DNA of 64,000 nt from Candidatus Fervidifonticultor primus (GCA_031459855.1 JAVKHP010000001.1:1825842-1889841); one strand, 5' to 3'; shown: positions 38,258-47,493, numbered from the stretch's first letter. Notes: a model not told the origin generated them from the sequence alone. Numbers and translations: made by a program.

Positions 38258-38428
38258 TCAGGATCGGGTCCTCGGGATCGGAGAAACGATCTTCTTGGCC
38301 TTCCCGATCGCCTCCATGTAGGTCTCGGGCGGCATGATCGGCGTGAATTTCGGTTCGTTTCCAGTAAACCAGGTCAGTGCGTACATGAGTTCTGCGATGT
38401 GGGCGGGACTATTGAGCTCGACCACCAT
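38258..38428 (-). CDS. Candidate small ORF (56 aa) in the lower-GC islet
   Basis: MVVELNSPAHIAELMYALTWFTGNEPKFTPIMPPETYMEAIGKAKKIVSPIPRTRS has protein-like composition. No recognised family; under 60 aa so not in the track. Confidence 0.2.
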   Translation of the reverse strand: MVVELNSPAHIAELMYALTWFTGNEPKFTPIMPPETYMEAIGKAKKIVSPIPRTRS

Positions 38429-38829
38429 GAAGAGACCTCATCTCGTGGGGGTCCCGTAGATCGCCTGAGGTCGGAAACGATCTACGATCTTCGCAAAGAA
38501 CGGCCCCCGGCCCGTCGCCGCTATCGATGGTGTCGCCGCTTTCGATCGTGGCCCAAGTCTCTACCATGTAGAGCATCGCCTTTCCCCCCGGGGTCCCAGG
38601 CCGCTGATGCCGGCGCGTGGGTTGATGTTCGGAGCCAAGGTCGGGCGAGGAGCGCTGCCCTCCTTTCGTGGGTTCGTTTGCTACCGAACGAGCGCCGTCC
38701 CAGCCAGCGATCCGCTCGGACGCTGATTGGGTGCTATCCTACAACCGGCGCGAGGGCTGAGCAACCCCCGGCAGTCCCCAGGGCCCCCCGGTGCCTGGGA
38801 TCGTAGCTGTTCCCCGCGGGCGTCCCGCC

Positions 38830-39966
38830 CTATCCCACGACGTCGCGGAAGATCCGCAGGAAGTTGGCGCCCAGCAGCTTGATGATCTCGTTGTCGGAGT
38901 AGCCCGCCCACACCAGCGCGCGGGTCAGGTTGGGCCAGTCCCGCCACGACTGGTAGCCCTCGACCCGTGCGCCCCAGCTGGTGCGGTGCTCGGGACGGAA
39001 GCCAAACCGCGCCATTTCGGCGTCCAGCAGCGCCTCCAGGGGCTGCGGAAACACCGCGCCCCAGTCGGTGCCGATGCCCACGTGGTCGATCCCCATGACC
39101 TCCACCGCGCGCTCGACGTGGGCCAGGAAGTGGTGGAGGGTGGCCGTGGGCTCCGCGGTGATGAAGAACGGCACGACCAGCACGCCGAAGTAGCCGTCGC
39201 GCGCGGCCAGCGCCCGGAGGATCTCGTCGGTCTTGCCCCGGTCGTGCGGGCTGAGCTCCCGCGAGAAGGCGTGGGTGATGGCGACGGGGCGCTGGGAGGC
39301 CTCGATCGCCTCCAGGGTGGTGCGCAGGCCGCAGTGGGACAGGTCGATCAGAATGCCCCGGGCGTTCATGTGGCGGACGAGGCGCAGGCCGAAGTGGGTG
39401 AGGCCGCCGTCGTGGCGCTCGGTGCACCCGGCGCCCACGAAGTTCTGGGCGTTGTAGGTGAGCTGCACGATGCGCACGCCCAGGTCGTAGAAGAAGTCCA
39501 GCAGGCTCAGGTCCTGTCCGATCGCCGTGGTGTTCTGGAAGTTGAGGATGATCCCGCGGCGGCCCTCGGCCTTGGCGCGCTCGATGTCGGCAGCGCGGGT
39601 GACCTTCAGCAGGCGGTCGCAGCCGTCGAACTTGCGCGTGATGCGCGCCAGGTCGCGGAGCGCCGCCTCGTAGCTGAAGGGGATGCGGCCGAAGGCACCC
39701 TGGGTGGCGCTGATGACGTCGACCCCGCTCGCGTCCCACCAGGCCCAGTACTCGGGCAGCTGATCGGCGACCAGGGCCTCGGTGGCCATGCGATCCAGTT
39801 CGTCGAGGATGTCAGGTAGCGGCGTCTGCCGCGCGGCCAGCTCGTCGAGGCGAGCCAGCATCGCGGGCGAGAACACCGAGGGCTCACTGGACAGCGTGTC
39901 GATGACCAGGGCTTCCCGGTGGAGGGCGGCGGCGCGCGCCTCCTGTGCGGCGGTCAGCGTGAACAT
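38830..39966 (-). CDS. Membrane dipeptidase (peptidase family M19, renal dipeptidase-like)
   Basis: MFTLTAAQEARAAALHREALVIDTL..; ..HFGLRLVRHMNARGILIDLSHCG.. ; ..ITHAFSRELSPHDRGKTDEIL.. are M19 signatures. Confidence 0.8.
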   Translation of the reverse strand: MFTLTAAQEARAAALHREALVIDTLSSEPSVFSPAMLARLDELAARQTPLPDILDELDRMATEALVADQLPEYWAWWDASGVDVISATQGAFGRIPFSYEAALRDLARITRKFDGCDRLLKVTRAADIERAKAEGRRGIILNFQNTTAIGQDLSLLDFFYDLGVRIVQLTYNAQNFVGAGCTERHDGGLTHFGLRLVRHMNARGILIDLSHCGLRTTLEAIEASQRPVAITHAFSRELSPHDRGKTDEILRALAARDGYFGVLVVPFFITAEPTATLHHFLAHVERAVEVMGIDHVGIGTDWGAVFPQPLEALLDAEMARFGFRPEHRTSWGARVEGYQSWRDWPNLTRALVWAGYSDNEIIKLLGANFLRIFRDVVG

Positions 39967-40239
39967 GGGTGCTCCTCGTGTGCGCGTGGTGTCGACGGAA
40001 GGAGTTCCGCTTGGCCGGCCCCGTCCCTGCCGGATCAGGGGTCCTGCGCCGCCATGGCGACCGGCGCGGTACTGCAACGACCGTTCGCGCGCGCCGTACG
40101 ACCCCCACGGTCTCTTCGCTCCTGTGCCTCTGCGCCCGCCGTCGTCTGCGGCGACGACCCCGCGTGCTCCGCTGCACGACGTGGGCTCTCGTTGTTTCTT
40201 GAAAACTCCCCGGCAACGCACACGCGGTCATCGGCATTC

Positions 40240-40268
40240 GCCTGCACGACCTGCGCCCTTGTTATAAT
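40240..40268 (+). promoter_or_regulatory. Candidate extended -10 promoter TGTTATAAT ~112 nt upstream of htrA
   Basis: ccttgTTATAATgag seen directly (~40260..40268); weak -35 (ttcgcc). Confidence 0.35.
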
Positions 40269-40379
40269 GAGAACGCTGCTGGCGGCAGTCGTAGTGGCAG
40301 GGGACGTGGTGTCGGCGCATTTCCTCGTGTCAGGTCACCGCGCCGCACGGCAGCTGGGAGCAGAGGAGGCGCATCTGTC

Positions 40380-41600
40380 GTGTTCATCACCGGACCATCG
40401 ACCCCCCGACGGGTCAAGAACCGGAGCCTGCCGCTGCTGGTCGTGCTGACCGTCGCGGGCCTGCTGGGCGGCTACGTGGGGCCCCGTGCAGGCCTCGTGC
40501 TGGGACCGGCGGGTAGCGCCGGCGCGCAGCTGCCCGGCCTCGCGCCACCGCCTGCGGCCGTGCAGGCGCCGGCGCCTCCGGGGGTCGCGCAGCTCCCGCC
40601 GGGTGCGCCGCCGGCCGTCGTGCAGGCGCCGACCACCCGGGTGCTCGAGCGCGAGGAGTCGGCGATCATCCGCGTGGTGCAGCAGGCGCGCCCCGCGGTG
40701 GTGAACATCAACGTGCGGGCCGCCGTGGCCACCCCGTTCGGCCTGTTCCCCCAGGAAGGACAGGGATCGGGCGTCATCGTCCGGCGGGACGGCCTCATCC
40801 TGACCAACAACCACGTGGTGCAGGGGGCTCAGGAGATCACCGTGACGCTGCTCTCGGGCCGGACGCTGCGGGGGCGGGTCATCGGCGCCGATCGCTTCTC
40901 CGACCTGGCGGTGGTCCGCGTGGACGGCGGCGGGGCGCTCCCCGTGGTGGAGTTCGGCTCGTCCAGCGCCCTGCAGGTGGGGCAGACCGCCATCGCCATC
41001 GGCAACCCGTTCGGGCTGGGGAGCACGGTGACCGTGGGCGTGGTCAGCGCGCTGAACCGCAGCATCCAGGCCGGCCCGGACTTCATCGTCGAGAACCTCA
41101 TCCAGACCGACGCGGCCATCAACCCCGGGAACAGCGGCGGCGCGCTGCTCGACTCGAGCGGGCGTCTGATCGGCATCAACACCGCCATCATCCGCGACGC
41201 GCAGGGCATCGGGTTCGCGATCCCCATCGACCACGCCCGCGCCATCATGGAGCAGATCATCGAGCGTGGTCGCGTGGTGCGGCCGGCGCTGGGTGTCGAG
41301 ATCCGCGGCGAGATCGACCCTGCCACCGCGCGGGCCTACGGGCTGGGCATCGACTACGGCGTGCTGGTGGTGCCGCAGCCCGGCAGCCCGGCCGAGCGCG
41401 CCGGCATGCGTGCCAACGACATCATCGTCGCCATCGACGGGCAGAAGGTGACCAACATCAGCGAGCTGCGGCGGGAGCTGTTCAAGAGGCGGCCCGGCGA
41501 CGTGGTGCGCGTGGAGGTGTTCCGCGAGGGCCGGCGGCTCACGCTGACCGTGACGTTGACCGAGCTGCGCACCAGCGGGCTGGCGCGCCCCTGGGCCTAA
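40380..41600 (+). CDS. htrA: HtrA/DegP-type trypsin-like serine protease with C-terminal PDZ domain, N-terminal TM anchor
   Basis: Catalytic ..TNNHVV.., ..DLAVVRV.., GNSGGAL triad motifs; PDZ ..GVLVV.PQPGSPAERAGMRANDIIVAIDG..; GTG start with GGAGCAGAGGAGG RBS. Confidence 0.9.
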   Translation: MFITGPSTPRRVKNRSLPLLVVLTVAGLLGGYVGPRAGLVLGPAGSAGAQLPGLAPPPAAVQAPAPPGVAQLPPGAPPAVVQAPTTRVLEREESAIIRVVQQARPAVVNINVRAAVATPFGLFPQEGQGSGVIVRRDGLILTNNHVVQGAQEITVTLLSGRTLRGRVIGADRFSDLAVVRVDGGGALPVVEFGSSSALQVGQTAIAIGNPFGLGSTVTVGVVSALNRSIQAGPDFIVENLIQTDAAINPGNSGGALLDSSGRLIGINTAIIRDAQGIGFAIPIDHARAIMEQIIERGRVVRPALGVEIRGEIDPATARAYGLGIDYGVLVVPQPGSPAERAGMRANDIIVAIDGQKVTNISELRRELFKRRPGDVVRVEVFREGRRLTLTVTLTELRTSGLARPWA

Positions 41601-41607
41601 CGGGCCG

Positions 41608-43215
41608 GTGCACGTCGTGCGCCCCGGCCTGACGGCGCGTCGGCAGGCCGGACGCTTCTGCCTGGTCGACTTCGACGGGCCCGAGCCCCCCGCGACCCTC
41701 GAACGTCGCATCGCCGACGCCCACATCGCCGGCGTCGTTCTCTTCCGGAAGAACGTGCGCAGCGCCAGACAGGTCGCGGCCCTTACCGCCTCCCTGCAGG
41801 GGACGGCGCGGGCGGCCGGCGCGCCGCCGCTGCTGGTGGCCATCGACCACGAGGGCGGGGCGGTCACGCGCTTCCCCCTGCGGCCCGACCCTGCTGGCCC
41901 GGCCATGACCCCGTTGCCCTCGGCCATGGCGCTGGGGGCCGCCGGCGATCCGGCCCTGGCGCGCGCGGCCGGCGCGGTGGCTGGCGCGGAGCTGCGTGCG
42001 CTGGGCGTGCACCTCAACTTCGCGCCCGTACTCGACGTCAACACCAATCCTGCCAACCCGGTCATCGGCGCCCGCGCCTTCGGTGAGACCGCGGCGATGG
42101 TGACGGCGCTTGGGATCGCGTACCTCCAAGGGCTCCAGGCGGCGGGGGTCGGGGCCACGGCGAAGCACTTCCCCGGGCATGGCGACACCAGCGTCGACTC
42201 GCACCTGGGTCTGCCGCGCGTGGACCACGCCATCGTGCGCCTGGAGACGGTGGAGCTGGCACCGTTCGCCGCAGCAGTGCGTGCCGGCGTCGCAGCCATC
42301 ATGACCGCCCACGTGGTCTACCCCGCCCTCGACCCCAGCGGGACGCCCGCCACCATGTCGGCGCCCATCCTCGCGGGGCTGCTGCGCGACCGGTTGGGGT
42401 ACGGCGGGCTGGTGGTGTCCGACTCGCTGAGCATGCGGGCCATCGCCGACCACGTCGGGGTCGGCGAGGCGGCGGTGGCCGCCGTGGCTGCGGGCTGCGA
42501 CCTGCTGCTGGCGCTCGGACCACCGGCCTTGCAGGACGACGTCCTCGAGCGCCTCGCGCTGGCGATCGAGCGGGGGGTGCTCCCGGCGGCGCGGCTTGCG
42601 GCTGCGGCGGCGCGCCTGGCCGACGCCCTGCAGCGCCGGGGCGCCGGCACGGCGGGTACAGGAGCGCCCGCAGGCGGTCCCGGGCCTCCGGACCTCGCCG
42701 CGCACGTCGGCACGCCAGCCCACCTGGACGTCGCGCGGCGCATCGCCGAGGCCGCGGTGACGCTGGTCCGTGATCCCGCAGGCAGGCTGCCGCTCCGCGG
42801 AAGGGTCGCCGTCGTGGCGCTTGGGGGGCGCTCCGGTCCGGCGGAGCCTGTCGAGGGGTTCTGGCCCGAGCTCGATGCCTCCCTGCGGCGCCATGGCGCG
42901 GACGCAGTCGGGCGGCCGCCGGACGCCAAGGACCTGTCCGCGTTCGACCGGGTGGTCGCAGTCACGTGGGGGCGCGGGACGCCCGAGGCCCGCACGGTCG
43001 AGGTCTGGCGGGCGTTGCACCGTCGCGTTGGCGACCGCCTGGTGGTCGTGGCCGCCGGCGATCCCTACGAGCTGGCTGCCGTGCCGCCCGACGCAGCCTG
43101 CGTGGCCACCTACGGCCCAGACCCCTTCAGCATCGACGCTGCGGCGCAGGTGCTGCTGGGGCGCCGTCGGGCCCGCGGGCGCCTGCCGGTCACGCTGCCC
43201 CGGGCCACGCCGTGA
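41608..43215 (+). CDS. nagZ: Beta-N-acetylhexosaminidase (GH3, NagZ-like)
   Basis: ..LLVAIDHEGG.V.R.....P..MALGA.., ..KHFPGHGDTSVDSH.., ..VVSDSLSM.. are GH3 NagZ motifs. Confidence 0.8.
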   Translation: MHVVRPGLTARRQAGRFCLVDFDGPEPPATLERRIADAHIAGVVLFRKNVRSARQVAALTASLQGTARAAGAPPLLVAIDHEGGAVTRFPLRPDPAGPAMTPLPSAMALGAAGDPALARAAGAVAGAELRALGVHLNFAPVLDVNTNPANPVIGARAFGETAAMVTALGIAYLQGLQAAGVGATAKHFPGHGDTSVDSHLGLPRVDHAIVRLETVELAPFAAAVRAGVAAIMTAHVVYPALDPSGTPATMSAPILAGLLRDRLGYGGLVVSDSLSMRAIADHVGVGEAAVAAVAAGCDLLLALGPPALQDDVLERLALAIERGVLPAARLAAAAARLADALQRRGAGTAGTGAPAGGPGPPDLAAHVGTPAHLDVARRIAEAAVTLVRDPAGRLPLRGRVAVVALGGRSGPAEPVEGFWPELDASLRRHGADAVGRPPDAKDLSAFDRVVAVTWGRGTPEARTVEVWRALHRRVGDRLVVVAAGDPYELAAVPPDAACVATYGPDPFSIDAAAQVLLGRRRARGRLPVTLPRATP

Positions 43216-43303
43216 CCGCCCCGGTGGCGTCGTGCACACCTGCGGGCGGCCTTATCGGCGGCCGCCGTCGCCGCGCAGGGGAAACAGGCTCTCAGGTGGC
43301 GCC

Positions 43304-44554
43304 GTGAACACCCGCAGGGATACCAGGACCGGGGACGGGCGGGCGGTCGAAGCCAGAGACCGCTGGACTGGCCCGTCAGAGCCGCGGTGTGCCTCCCCGG
43401 CTGGGCGCCGGTGGGCGATCCGGGCCGGGCGCTTGCTGCGGCCCGACGGGCTGAGCGGCCCGGGGATCGTGGAGATCGAGGACGACCGGATCGCCGCCGT
43501 CACCGAGGGCGACCGGCCCGGGCCGGCGCTCGATGCCTGTGAGGACCTGGTGGCACCCGGGTTCGTCGACCTTCAGGTCAACGGTGCTGCCGGCTGCGAC
43601 TTTCTGCACCCCACGCCGGAGGGGTTCGCTGCCGCCTCCGCGCATCTGCTGCGCACGGGCACCGTCGCCTACCTGCCGACCCTCGTCTCGGCGCCGCACG
43701 ACCAGCTGCAGCAGGCCCTGGCGTTCTTCGCCGCGCGCATGCACGACCCGGCGTGCGCGCCGCGCATCGCGGGCGTGCACCTCGAGGGCCCCTTCCTGTC
43801 ACGCGCGCGCCCTGGCGCGCATCCCGTCGAGCATCTCCAGCCTCCTTCCATCTCATTCATCGGCCGCCTGCTCGACGAGTTTCAGGGGGTCGTGCGGCTG
43901 GTCACCCTGGCCCCGGAACTCGACGGCGCGCTGGAGGTCATCGACTTCCTCGCACGCCGCGGGGTCCTCGTCGCGGTGGGGCACACCGACGCGACGTTCG
44001 CTCAGGCCTGGGCGGCCTTTGAGCGAGGCGCGCGGCTGGCGACCCACCTGTTCAACGCGATGCGGCCGCTACACCATCGCGAGCCCGGCGTGGTGGGGGC
44101 GGCCCTGGCGCATCCCGAGGTCACCTGCACGGTCGTCGCCGACCTGGTGCACCTGCACCCGGCGGTGCTTGCCCACGTGATCGCGGCCAAGACGCCGGCG
44201 CGCGTGGCGCTCGTGACCGACGCGGTCGCGGCGGCAGGCACGGTGGGCGGCACGGCCACCCTGGGCGACCGCACGGTCGTCGTGCGCGACGGCGCGCCAC
44301 GCCTGCCCGATGGGACGCTGGCCGGCAGCGTGCTCACCATGGACGCGGCCGTGCGGCACGTGTGCGCGCTCGGCGTCGACCTGGCCGACGCCTTGCGCAT
44401 GGCCTCCGTCACGCCGGGGGCGTTGTTGGGGCGTTCTCCCGGTCTGGCCCCGGGCGCGCCCGCGGACCTGGTCGTGCTGGATGCCAGCCTGCGGGTTCGG
44501 GCGACGATCGTACGCGGACGCCTCATCTGGCAGTCCCCGCGGCAGTCCCCGTAA
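43304..44554 (+). CDS. nagA: N-acetylglucosamine-6-phosphate deacetylase
   Basis: ..APGFVDLQVNGAAGCDF.. (E. coli-type QxN metal site), ..HLEGPFLS.., ..VGHTDA.. amidohydrolase motifs. GTG start with AGGTGG SD; start position somewhat uncertain. Confidence 0.75.
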   Translation: MNTRRDTRTGDGRAVEARDRWTGPSEPRCASPAGRRWAIRAGRLLRPDGLSGPGIVEIEDDRIAAVTEGDRPGPALDACEDLVAPGFVDLQVNGAAGCDFLHPTPEGFAAASAHLLRTGTVAYLPTLVSAPHDQLQQALAFFAARMHDPACAPRIAGVHLEGPFLSRARPGAHPVEHLQPPSISFIGRLLDEFQGVVRLVTLAPELDGALEVIDFLARRGVLVAVGHTDATFAQAWAAFERGARLATHLFNAMRPLHHREPGVVGAALAHPEVTCTVVADLVHLHPAVLAHVIAAKTPARVALVTDAVAAAGTVGGTATLGDRTVVVRDGAPRLPDGTLAGSVLTMDAAVRHVCALGVDLADALRMASVTPGALLGRSPGLAPGAPADLVVLDASLRVRATIVRGRLIWQSPRQSP

Positions 44555-44704
44555 GGGTCGCGGCGGTCGTGAGTAGTCGTAAGTACAGGAACGTCTGAAG
44601 CGCTAGGGCGTCTGGAGCGCCGGGGCGTAGGGAGGGGAGCGGGGGGCGGCGAATCCCGGGGTGCCCGGCGGGGAGGAGACCGCATGTGGGGTCGCGCGTC
44701 CAGG

Positions 44705-44830
44705 TGACGATGGGTCGACTGCGGTGATGGTCGACCTGGGGCGGCCGACTGTTGCGATGGTCGCCCGGAGCATGGTCGGCCGGGCGATGGTCGATCGTGG
44801 TATGGCCGATAGTCGCGCTGGTCGGCCGGC
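44705..44830. repeat. ~7 copies of a 15-22-bp motif (rATGGTCGmCC) in the nagA-xpt intergenic leader
   Basis: gatgggtcgac, gatggtcgacc, gatggtcgccc, catggtcggcc, gatggtcgatc, tatggccgata, ctggtcggccg; the middle four have a strict 15-bp period. Seen directly. Confidence 0.55.
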
Positions 44831-44867
44831 GCGCAGATCGACCGGAGCGACGGGGGAGCCGGAGAGC

Positions 44868-45440
44868 ATGGAGGCGTTGAAACACCGGATCCGGACCGAG
44901 GGCCGCAACCTCGGGCGCGGCATCCTCAAAGTCGACGGCTTCATCAACCACCAGGTGGACCCCGCCCTCATGCACGCCTGCGGCCAGGAGCTGGCGCGCC
45001 GCTTCGCCGCGGCTGGCGCCACTAAAGTGCTGACCGCCGAGATCTCGGGCATCGCGCCGGCGTTCTGCACCGCCCTCGTCCTGGGCGTGCCCGTGATCTA
45101 CGCCCGCAAGCAGCGGCCGGCGACGATGCCGCATGAGGTCTACCTGACCCTGGCGCCCTCCCACACCAAGGGTCTGCACGTCGAGCTGATCGTCTCGCCC
45201 GAGTTCCTGGCGCCTGGCGACCGCGTGCTGATCGTCGACGACTTCCTGGCCACGGGGCAGACGATCCAGGGGCTCGCGCGCATCGTGCAGGCGGCGCGGG
45301 CACATCTGGTGGGGATCGGGGTGGTCATCGAGAAGACCTTCGAGGGCGGCCGCGCGCTGCTGGAGTCCCTGGGCGTGCCCATCGAGGCCCTGGCCCGCGT
45401 GGTGGACATGCGGGACGAGAAGATCGTGGTCGCCGACTGA
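44868..45440 (+). CDS. xpt: Xanthine phosphoribosyltransferase
   Basis: MEALKHRIRTEGRNLGRGILKVDGFINHQVDP..VLTAEISGIAPA..VLIVDDFLATGQT.. is near-colinear with Bacillus Xpt. Confidence 0.85.
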   Translation: MEALKHRIRTEGRNLGRGILKVDGFINHQVDPALMHACGQELARRFAAAGATKVLTAEISGIAPAFCTALVLGVPVIYARKQRPATMPHEVYLTLAPSHTKGLHVELIVSPEFLAPGDRVLIVDDFLATGQTIQGLARIVQAARAHLVGIGVVIEKTFEGGRALLESLGVPIEALARVVDMRDEKIVVAD

Positions 45441-45455
45441 CGGAGGCCCCGCGCC

Positions 45456-46406
45456 GTGCAGCGCTACCTGGCCCGCCGCGCGCTTGTCACCCTGCCGATC
45501 CTGCTGGGAATCACGGTGTTGAGCTACCTCATCATGTCGCTTACGCCCGGGGACCCCGTGACGATGCTCATCAACCCCAGCATGAGCGAGGCCGACATCG
45601 AGATCAAACGCCGCGCGCTGGGCCTCGACCAGCCCGTCTACGTGCGCTACGTCAAGTGGCTCGGCGAGCTGCTGCAGGGCAACCTGGGCTACTCGTTCAG
45701 CAGCGGCGCGCCCGTGGCCCGGCGGATCGGTGAGCGCCTCGGGCCCACGCTCCTGCTGACCGGGACGGCGCTGACGCTGTCCTACCTCATCGCCGTGCCC
45801 ACCGGCGTCCTGGTGGCGGTGCGGCGCTACACCTGGATCGACTACCTCGCCACGTTCCTGGCGTTCCTGGGCATCAGCCTGCCCACGTTCTTCCTGGGTC
45901 TGGCGGGTATCTACGTGTTCGCGCTGCGGCTGCGGTGGCTGCCCACTGGCGGCACGATGACCCTGGGTGGGGAGGGCGGCGTGCTGGACCTGCTCTGGCA
46001 CCTGGTGCTGCCCGCCTCGGTGCTGGCCGTGGCCGGCGCCGGCGCGCTCATGCGCTACGTGCGGTCCAGCATGCTGGAGGTGCTGGGGCAGGACTACGTG
46101 CGCACCGCGCGTGCCAAAGGGCTGGCCGAGGGGCTGGTGCTGCGCCGGCATGCGCTGCGCAACGCCCTGATTCCGGTCGTCACCCTGGCCGGCCTGCAGC
46201 TGCCGGCCCTGCTGGCCGGCGCTGTGATCACCGAGCAGATCTTCGAGTGGCCGGGGATGGGGCGGCTCACCATCGAGGCCATCAACCAGCGCGACTACCC
46301 GGTGCTGATGGGTATCACGCTGATCACCGCGCTGCTGGTAGCCGCCGGCAACCTGCTGGCCGACCTCACCTACGCCTACATCGACCCGCGCATTCACTAC
46401 GACTGA
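45456..46406 (+). CDS. ABC transporter permease, DppB/OppB family
   Basis: MQRYLARRALVTLPILLGITVLSYLIM..; ..RTARAKGLAEGLVLRRHALRNALIPV..; ends ..DPRIHYD. Confidence 0.85.
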   Translation: MQRYLARRALVTLPILLGITVLSYLIMSLTPGDPVTMLINPSMSEADIEIKRRALGLDQPVYVRYVKWLGELLQGNLGYSFSSGAPVARRIGERLGPTLLLTGTALTLSYLIAVPTGVLVAVRRYTWIDYLATFLAFLGISLPTFFLGLAGIYVFALRLRWLPTGGTMTLGGEGGVLDLLWHLVLPASVLAVAGAGALMRYVRSSMLEVLGQDYVRTARAKGLAEGLVLRRHALRNALIPVVTLAGLQLPALLAGAVITEQIFEWPGMGRLTIEAINQRDYPVLMGITLITALLVAAGNLLADLTYAYIDPRIHYD

Positions 46407-46414
46407 GGCGCGCC

Positions 46415-47326
46415 ATGGCCGATGCGCTGCCCAAGGTCCGGTCGCTGGCTGCCGCTTCCCGGCGGGCGCCGCAGGCCCAGGGGTTCTGGCAGCTGGCGCT
46501 GCGCCGCTTCCTGCGCCACCGCATGGCGGTCGCCGGCCTGGGGGTGTTCACCGCCGTGGCGGTGATGGCCCTGGCCGCGCCCGTCCTGGCGCCGCACAGT
46601 CCCACGGCGATCGACGCCACCGCGTTCCAGGCGGCCCCCTCGGCTCGCCATCCGCTGGGTACCGACAGCGTGGGGCGCGACGTCCTCAGCCGGCTGATCT
46701 ACGCGGCGCGGGTCTCCCTCTCCGTGGGCGTGCTGGCGGTGGGGATGTACGTGGTCATCGGCACCGCGGTGGGCGCCATCGCGGGCTACGCCGGCGGCAC
46801 GGTGGACCTGCTGCTCAGCCGCGTGATGGACGTGGTGCTCTCGTTCCCGCCGCTGATCATCATCCTGTTCGCCGTTAGCGTCTTCGGGCGCCCCAGCCTG
46901 TGGAACGTGATCGTGGTGCTGGGCCTGCTGGGCTGGCCACCGGTGGCGCGCCTGGTGCGCGGCCAGGTCCTGGCGCTGCGCCAGCAGGAGTTCGTGCTGG
47001 CGGCGCGGGCCTGCGGGGCCGACGACCGGCTCGTGGTGATCCGCCACCTGCTCCCCAACGCCATGGCGCCGGTGCTGGTGGCGGCCACGTTCGGCACGGC
47101 CAACGCCATCCTGGTGGAGGCCGCGCTGTCGTTCCTGGGGCTGGGGGTGCAGCCGCCGACCCCGTCGTGGGGGAACATGCTGACCGACGCCCAGTCGCTG
47201 ACGGTCCTCGAGCGGATGCCGTGGCTGTGGCTGCCGCCTGGCTTCATGATCCTGATCTCGGTGCTGGCCATCAACTTCGTGGGCGACGGGCTGCGGGACG
47301 CTCTCGACCCCGGCCTGCGCCTGTAG
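46415..47326 (+). CDS. ABC transporter permease, DppC/OppC family
   Basis: ..HPLGTDSVGRDVLSRLIYAARVSL..; ..ALSFLGLGVQPPTPSWGNML.. Confidence 0.85.
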   Translation: MADALPKVRSLAAASRRAPQAQGFWQLALRRFLRHRMAVAGLGVFTAVAVMALAAPVLAPHSPTAIDATAFQAAPSARHPLGTDSVGRDVLSRLIYAARVSLSVGVLAVGMYVVIGTAVGAIAGYAGGTVDLLLSRVMDVVLSFPPLIIILFAVSVFGRPSLWNVIVVLGLLGWPPVARLVRGQVLALRQQEFVLAARACGADDRLVVIRHLLPNAMAPVLVAATFGTANAILVEAALSFLGLGVQPPTPSWGNMLTDAQSLTVLERMPWLWLPPGFMILISVLAINFVGDGLRDALDPGLRL

Positions 47327-47493
47327 GGATGTCGCGACCCTGGCGAGCGTGGAGGGCGCGCCGGCTCACCCCGGCCTGCGCCTGGAGCGATGTCGCGACT
47401 CCTGGCGGCCATGGAGGGCGCGCGGTGGATGCCCGGCCTGCGCCTGTGGCGATGTCGCCGGGAGAAGGTGCCGGCGGTGCGGCCGTGGGGGGG
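47310..47493. repeat. 61-bp tandem repeat x3 (ccggcctgcgcctgkrgsgatgtcgcgac.cctggcg...ggagggcgcgc..) beginning inside the last codons of the DppC-like gene
   Basis: Copies at ~47310, 47371, 47433. The first two are about 85% identical over 50 bp, the third is degenerate after 27 bp. Copy 1 contains the gene's DPGLRL-stop. Confidence 0.65.

Noticed and set aside
38430-38830. ZTP or other riboswitch in the lower-GC islet leader
   Set aside because: Only a partial CGGCCTGGGAC resemblance to the ZTP 3' pseudoknot half. The GGGUGGA..CCGGG 5' half is absent.
39919-40449. 176-aa plus ORF whose internal ATG sits in the TATAAT box upstream of htrA (MRTLLAAVVV..)
   Set aside because: Overlaps the htrA start in another frame, is low-complexity after the first 25 aa, and has no RBS.
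44555-44867. Guanine/purine riboswitch upstream of xpt
   Set aside because: Contains TATGGCC-like fragments but lacks the conserved J2/3 (UUUCUACC) and J3/1 (CCGUAAAU..GACUA) cores. The region is instead built from 15-bp tandem repeats.
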